Of a DNA stretch of 64,000 bases, positions 61,480 to 64,000 are shown in pieces. This stretch comes from Eledone cirrhosa (lineage: Eukaryota): NCBI GenBank assembly GCA_964016885.1, contig OZ024761.1, positions 30,876,001 to 30,940,000 of the forward strand, read 5' to 3'. The first letter of the stretch is position 1; every line of letters starts with the position of its first letter. The notes below the pieces were generated by a model. It had not been told where the DNA came from. It worked only from the letters and a program-made list of their open reading frames with translations, and did no database searches. A program made the position numbers and the translations under genes.

Positions 61480-62430
61480 AGATAAACAATAGCTGTCGTT
61501 CAAAATTCCAGTTTTGACACACTGTATCAAGCTGAATCTCCCTGGGAATTACTTTAAAGGTACACATGTCTGTGGAATACTCAGCCACTCACATTATAGT
61601 ACAAGATAAACAGTAGCTGTGGTTCAAAAGTACAACCTTGTCATGCACTATGTCATGCTGAATCTTCCTGAGAACTACAGTAAGTGTACACATGTCTGTG
61701 GAATACTCAGCCACTCACTATAATACAAGATAAACAATAGCTGTACTTCAAAAGTCCAGCTTTGTTACATGCTATATCAAACTGAATCTCCCTGAGAACT
61801 CCTCTAAAGATGCACGTGACTGTGGAATACTCAGCCACTCACTATAATACAAGATGGATTGTACCCGACACATACTATATTAAGCTGAATCCCCCTGAGA
61901 ACTCCTTTAAAGGTACATGTATCTAGACATTCACACTATAATACAAGATAGACAATAGCTACGGTTCAAAAGTTCAGCTTTGTCACATACTGAATCTCCC
62001 TGAGAGTTCCAGTAAAAGTACCCGTGTCTGTGGAATACTCAGCCACTCACACTTTAATACAAGACAAACATTAGCTGTGGTCCAAAAGTCCAGCTTTGTC
62101 AAATACTGAATCTCCCTGAGAGTTCCAGTAAAGGTACATGTGTCTGTGGAATACTCAGCCACCCACACTATAATACAAGATAGACAATAGCTACAGTTCA
62201 AAAGTCCTACTTGTCACATACCATATCAAGCTGAATCTCCCTGAGAACTCCTTTCAAGATACACGTGTCTATGGAATACTCAACCACTCACTATAATACA
62301 AGATGGATTGTACCTGACATACTATCAAGTATGAAATTTGTAGAAAAATAAATAAATTTCTACAAATTTCATACTTGACGACCCAATATATCAAGCCGAA
62401 TCTCCCCGAGAATTACGTGAAAGGTACACC
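61480..62430 (+). repeat. Degenerate ~115-bp tandem array (about 8 copies), probably SINE-derived
   Basis: Repeated gctgaatctccctgagaact...tgtctgtggaatactcagccactc. Confidence 0.8.
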
Positions 62431-62643
62431 CACATTAAGTTTCAAATTGAACCTCCAATTGATCAGAGAACTGACTGACTGATCAGTGTTGAATGTGACA
62501 AAGGATCAATCATTAATTCTGCAACAAATGTGTATCCATTTAATGTAAAAATGCAGTTAATTAGTATCTCATTCAATACTAACACTAATGAAATGTCATT
62601 CAATACTAACACTAATGAAATGTCATTTAGAATGCAGAAAACT

Positions 62644-62692
<49 letters not shown>

Positions 62693-62844
62693 TACATGAA
62701 TCAAAGTTCTGTTCAAACCATTTATAAATGGTTTGAACAGAACTTTGATTCATGTAATTTCTATATAACTGCTCTGTAGAACAACTGATGTTATTACATA
62801 TATTTCGGTGATGGCTGTGACCTCTTCAGGCAGTCCGAATTCGG

Positions 62845-62903
62845 ACTGCCTGAAGAGGTAGGTCACAGCCAAAGATGGCCGTCACCGAAATATATATAGC
62901 AGT
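62845..62903 (+). ncRNA. Penelope-type type I hammerhead ribozyme
   Basis: actgc-CTGAAGA-ggt...acc-GAAAT-atat-ATA-gcagt. Confidence 0.72.
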
Positions 62904-63105
62904 AATAAACGAAGCCAAATTTTAAACATTTGACTTATTTATTTTATTTTATTTTATTTTATATATATATGTGTGTATATGTATACATATATATATATAT
63001 GTGTGTGTGTATGTATTAGCTCCAAACCCATGCTAGCGTGGAAGATGGACGTTAAACGATAATGATGATGATGGATATGTGTATTTATATATATATATAT
63101 GTATA

Positions 63106-63234
<129 letters not shown>

Positions 63235-63339
63235 ATATATATATATATATATGTATATGTATATGTATATATGTATGTATATATATATATATATATGTAT
63301 ATGTATATATATATATGTATATGTATATGTATATATGTG

Positions 63340-63990
63340 CAATAAGTAGCAGCAAATGCCCACAGAATACTAGCTCATTCCATTGCCCAGATGGTTCTAT
63401 AGAAATAGTGGACACCTTACGTTACCTGGGTGACAAAATCAGCAGTGGTGGAGGGTGCTCTGAAAGTACAGTAGCTAGAGTCAGAACAGGATGGAAAAAG
63501 TTCAGAGAGCTTATACCACTATTGGCCGCTAAAGGTTTCTCTCTAAAAATAAAAGGCAGACTGTATGATGCCTGCATACGAACAGCGATGTTACATGGCA
63601 GTGAGACATGGGCCTTGTGTGCAGAGGATCTACACAGACTGAAGAGGAACGAAGCTTGCATGCTCCATTGTATGTGTAATAGTAATATACGTGAACGGCA
63701 AAGCATAAATGAACTAAGTGAGAAATTAGGAATAAGAGGGATCAGATGCTGATTACTCGAGAGAAGACTACGTTGGTATGGTCACGTGATGCGCATGAAA
63801 GATGACAGCTGTATAAAAAAGTGCTGGGCGATCAAAATAGACGGTAGCTACGGAGTAGGCAGACCCAGAAAAACCTGGGACGACTTGACAAAATCTGACC
63901 TCACACACTTACACCTCTCCAAGACAATGTCACTGGACTGAGATCTTTGGCGCTACGTAATACAGAAGACCCGCCTTGCCTAAGTACAAA
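63340..63990 (+). mobile_element. RTE-clade LINE ORF 3' portion
   Basis: [12 protein letters not shown]...[13 protein letters not shown]...[20 protein letters not shown]...RRLRWYGHVMRM...GRPRKTW. Confidence 0.88.
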
Positions 63991-64000
63991 GCGAAACCTA

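Overview
AT-rich, microsatellite- and SINE-dense eukaryotic DNA; the repeat repertoire suggests a cephalopod such as Octopus (inference). Three spliced genes can be rebuilt exon by exon: the 3' part of RPA1 (+, 1-12046), a complete USP30 (-, 26668-15005, 8 coding exons, 471 aa) and a complete DRAM/DRAM2-like CDS (-, 37327-30796, 6 coding exons, 270 aa). The DRAM gene has a U12-type intron and a SINE-donated stop codon. The standout feature is a 5.9-kb array (48551-54427) of essentially identical 465-bp monomers inside a huge (TA)n/(TACA)n tract. Every monomer carries a canonical minimal type I hammerhead ribozyme (13 copies: 3 on -, 10 on +), and the two arms meet at an inversion near 49866. 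This looks like a young non-LTR retrozyme (circular-RNA-templated, Penelope-dependent) insertion. Four more, unrelated Penelope-type hammerhead relics lie in or next to TA runs (about 23.2, 24.4, 27.9 and 62.8 kb). The rest is SINEs, LINE fragments (RTE, R4/Dong, CRE, Tx1, CR1-like), MITEs and minisatellites. All calls come from reading the sequence by eye; no folding or database search was run.
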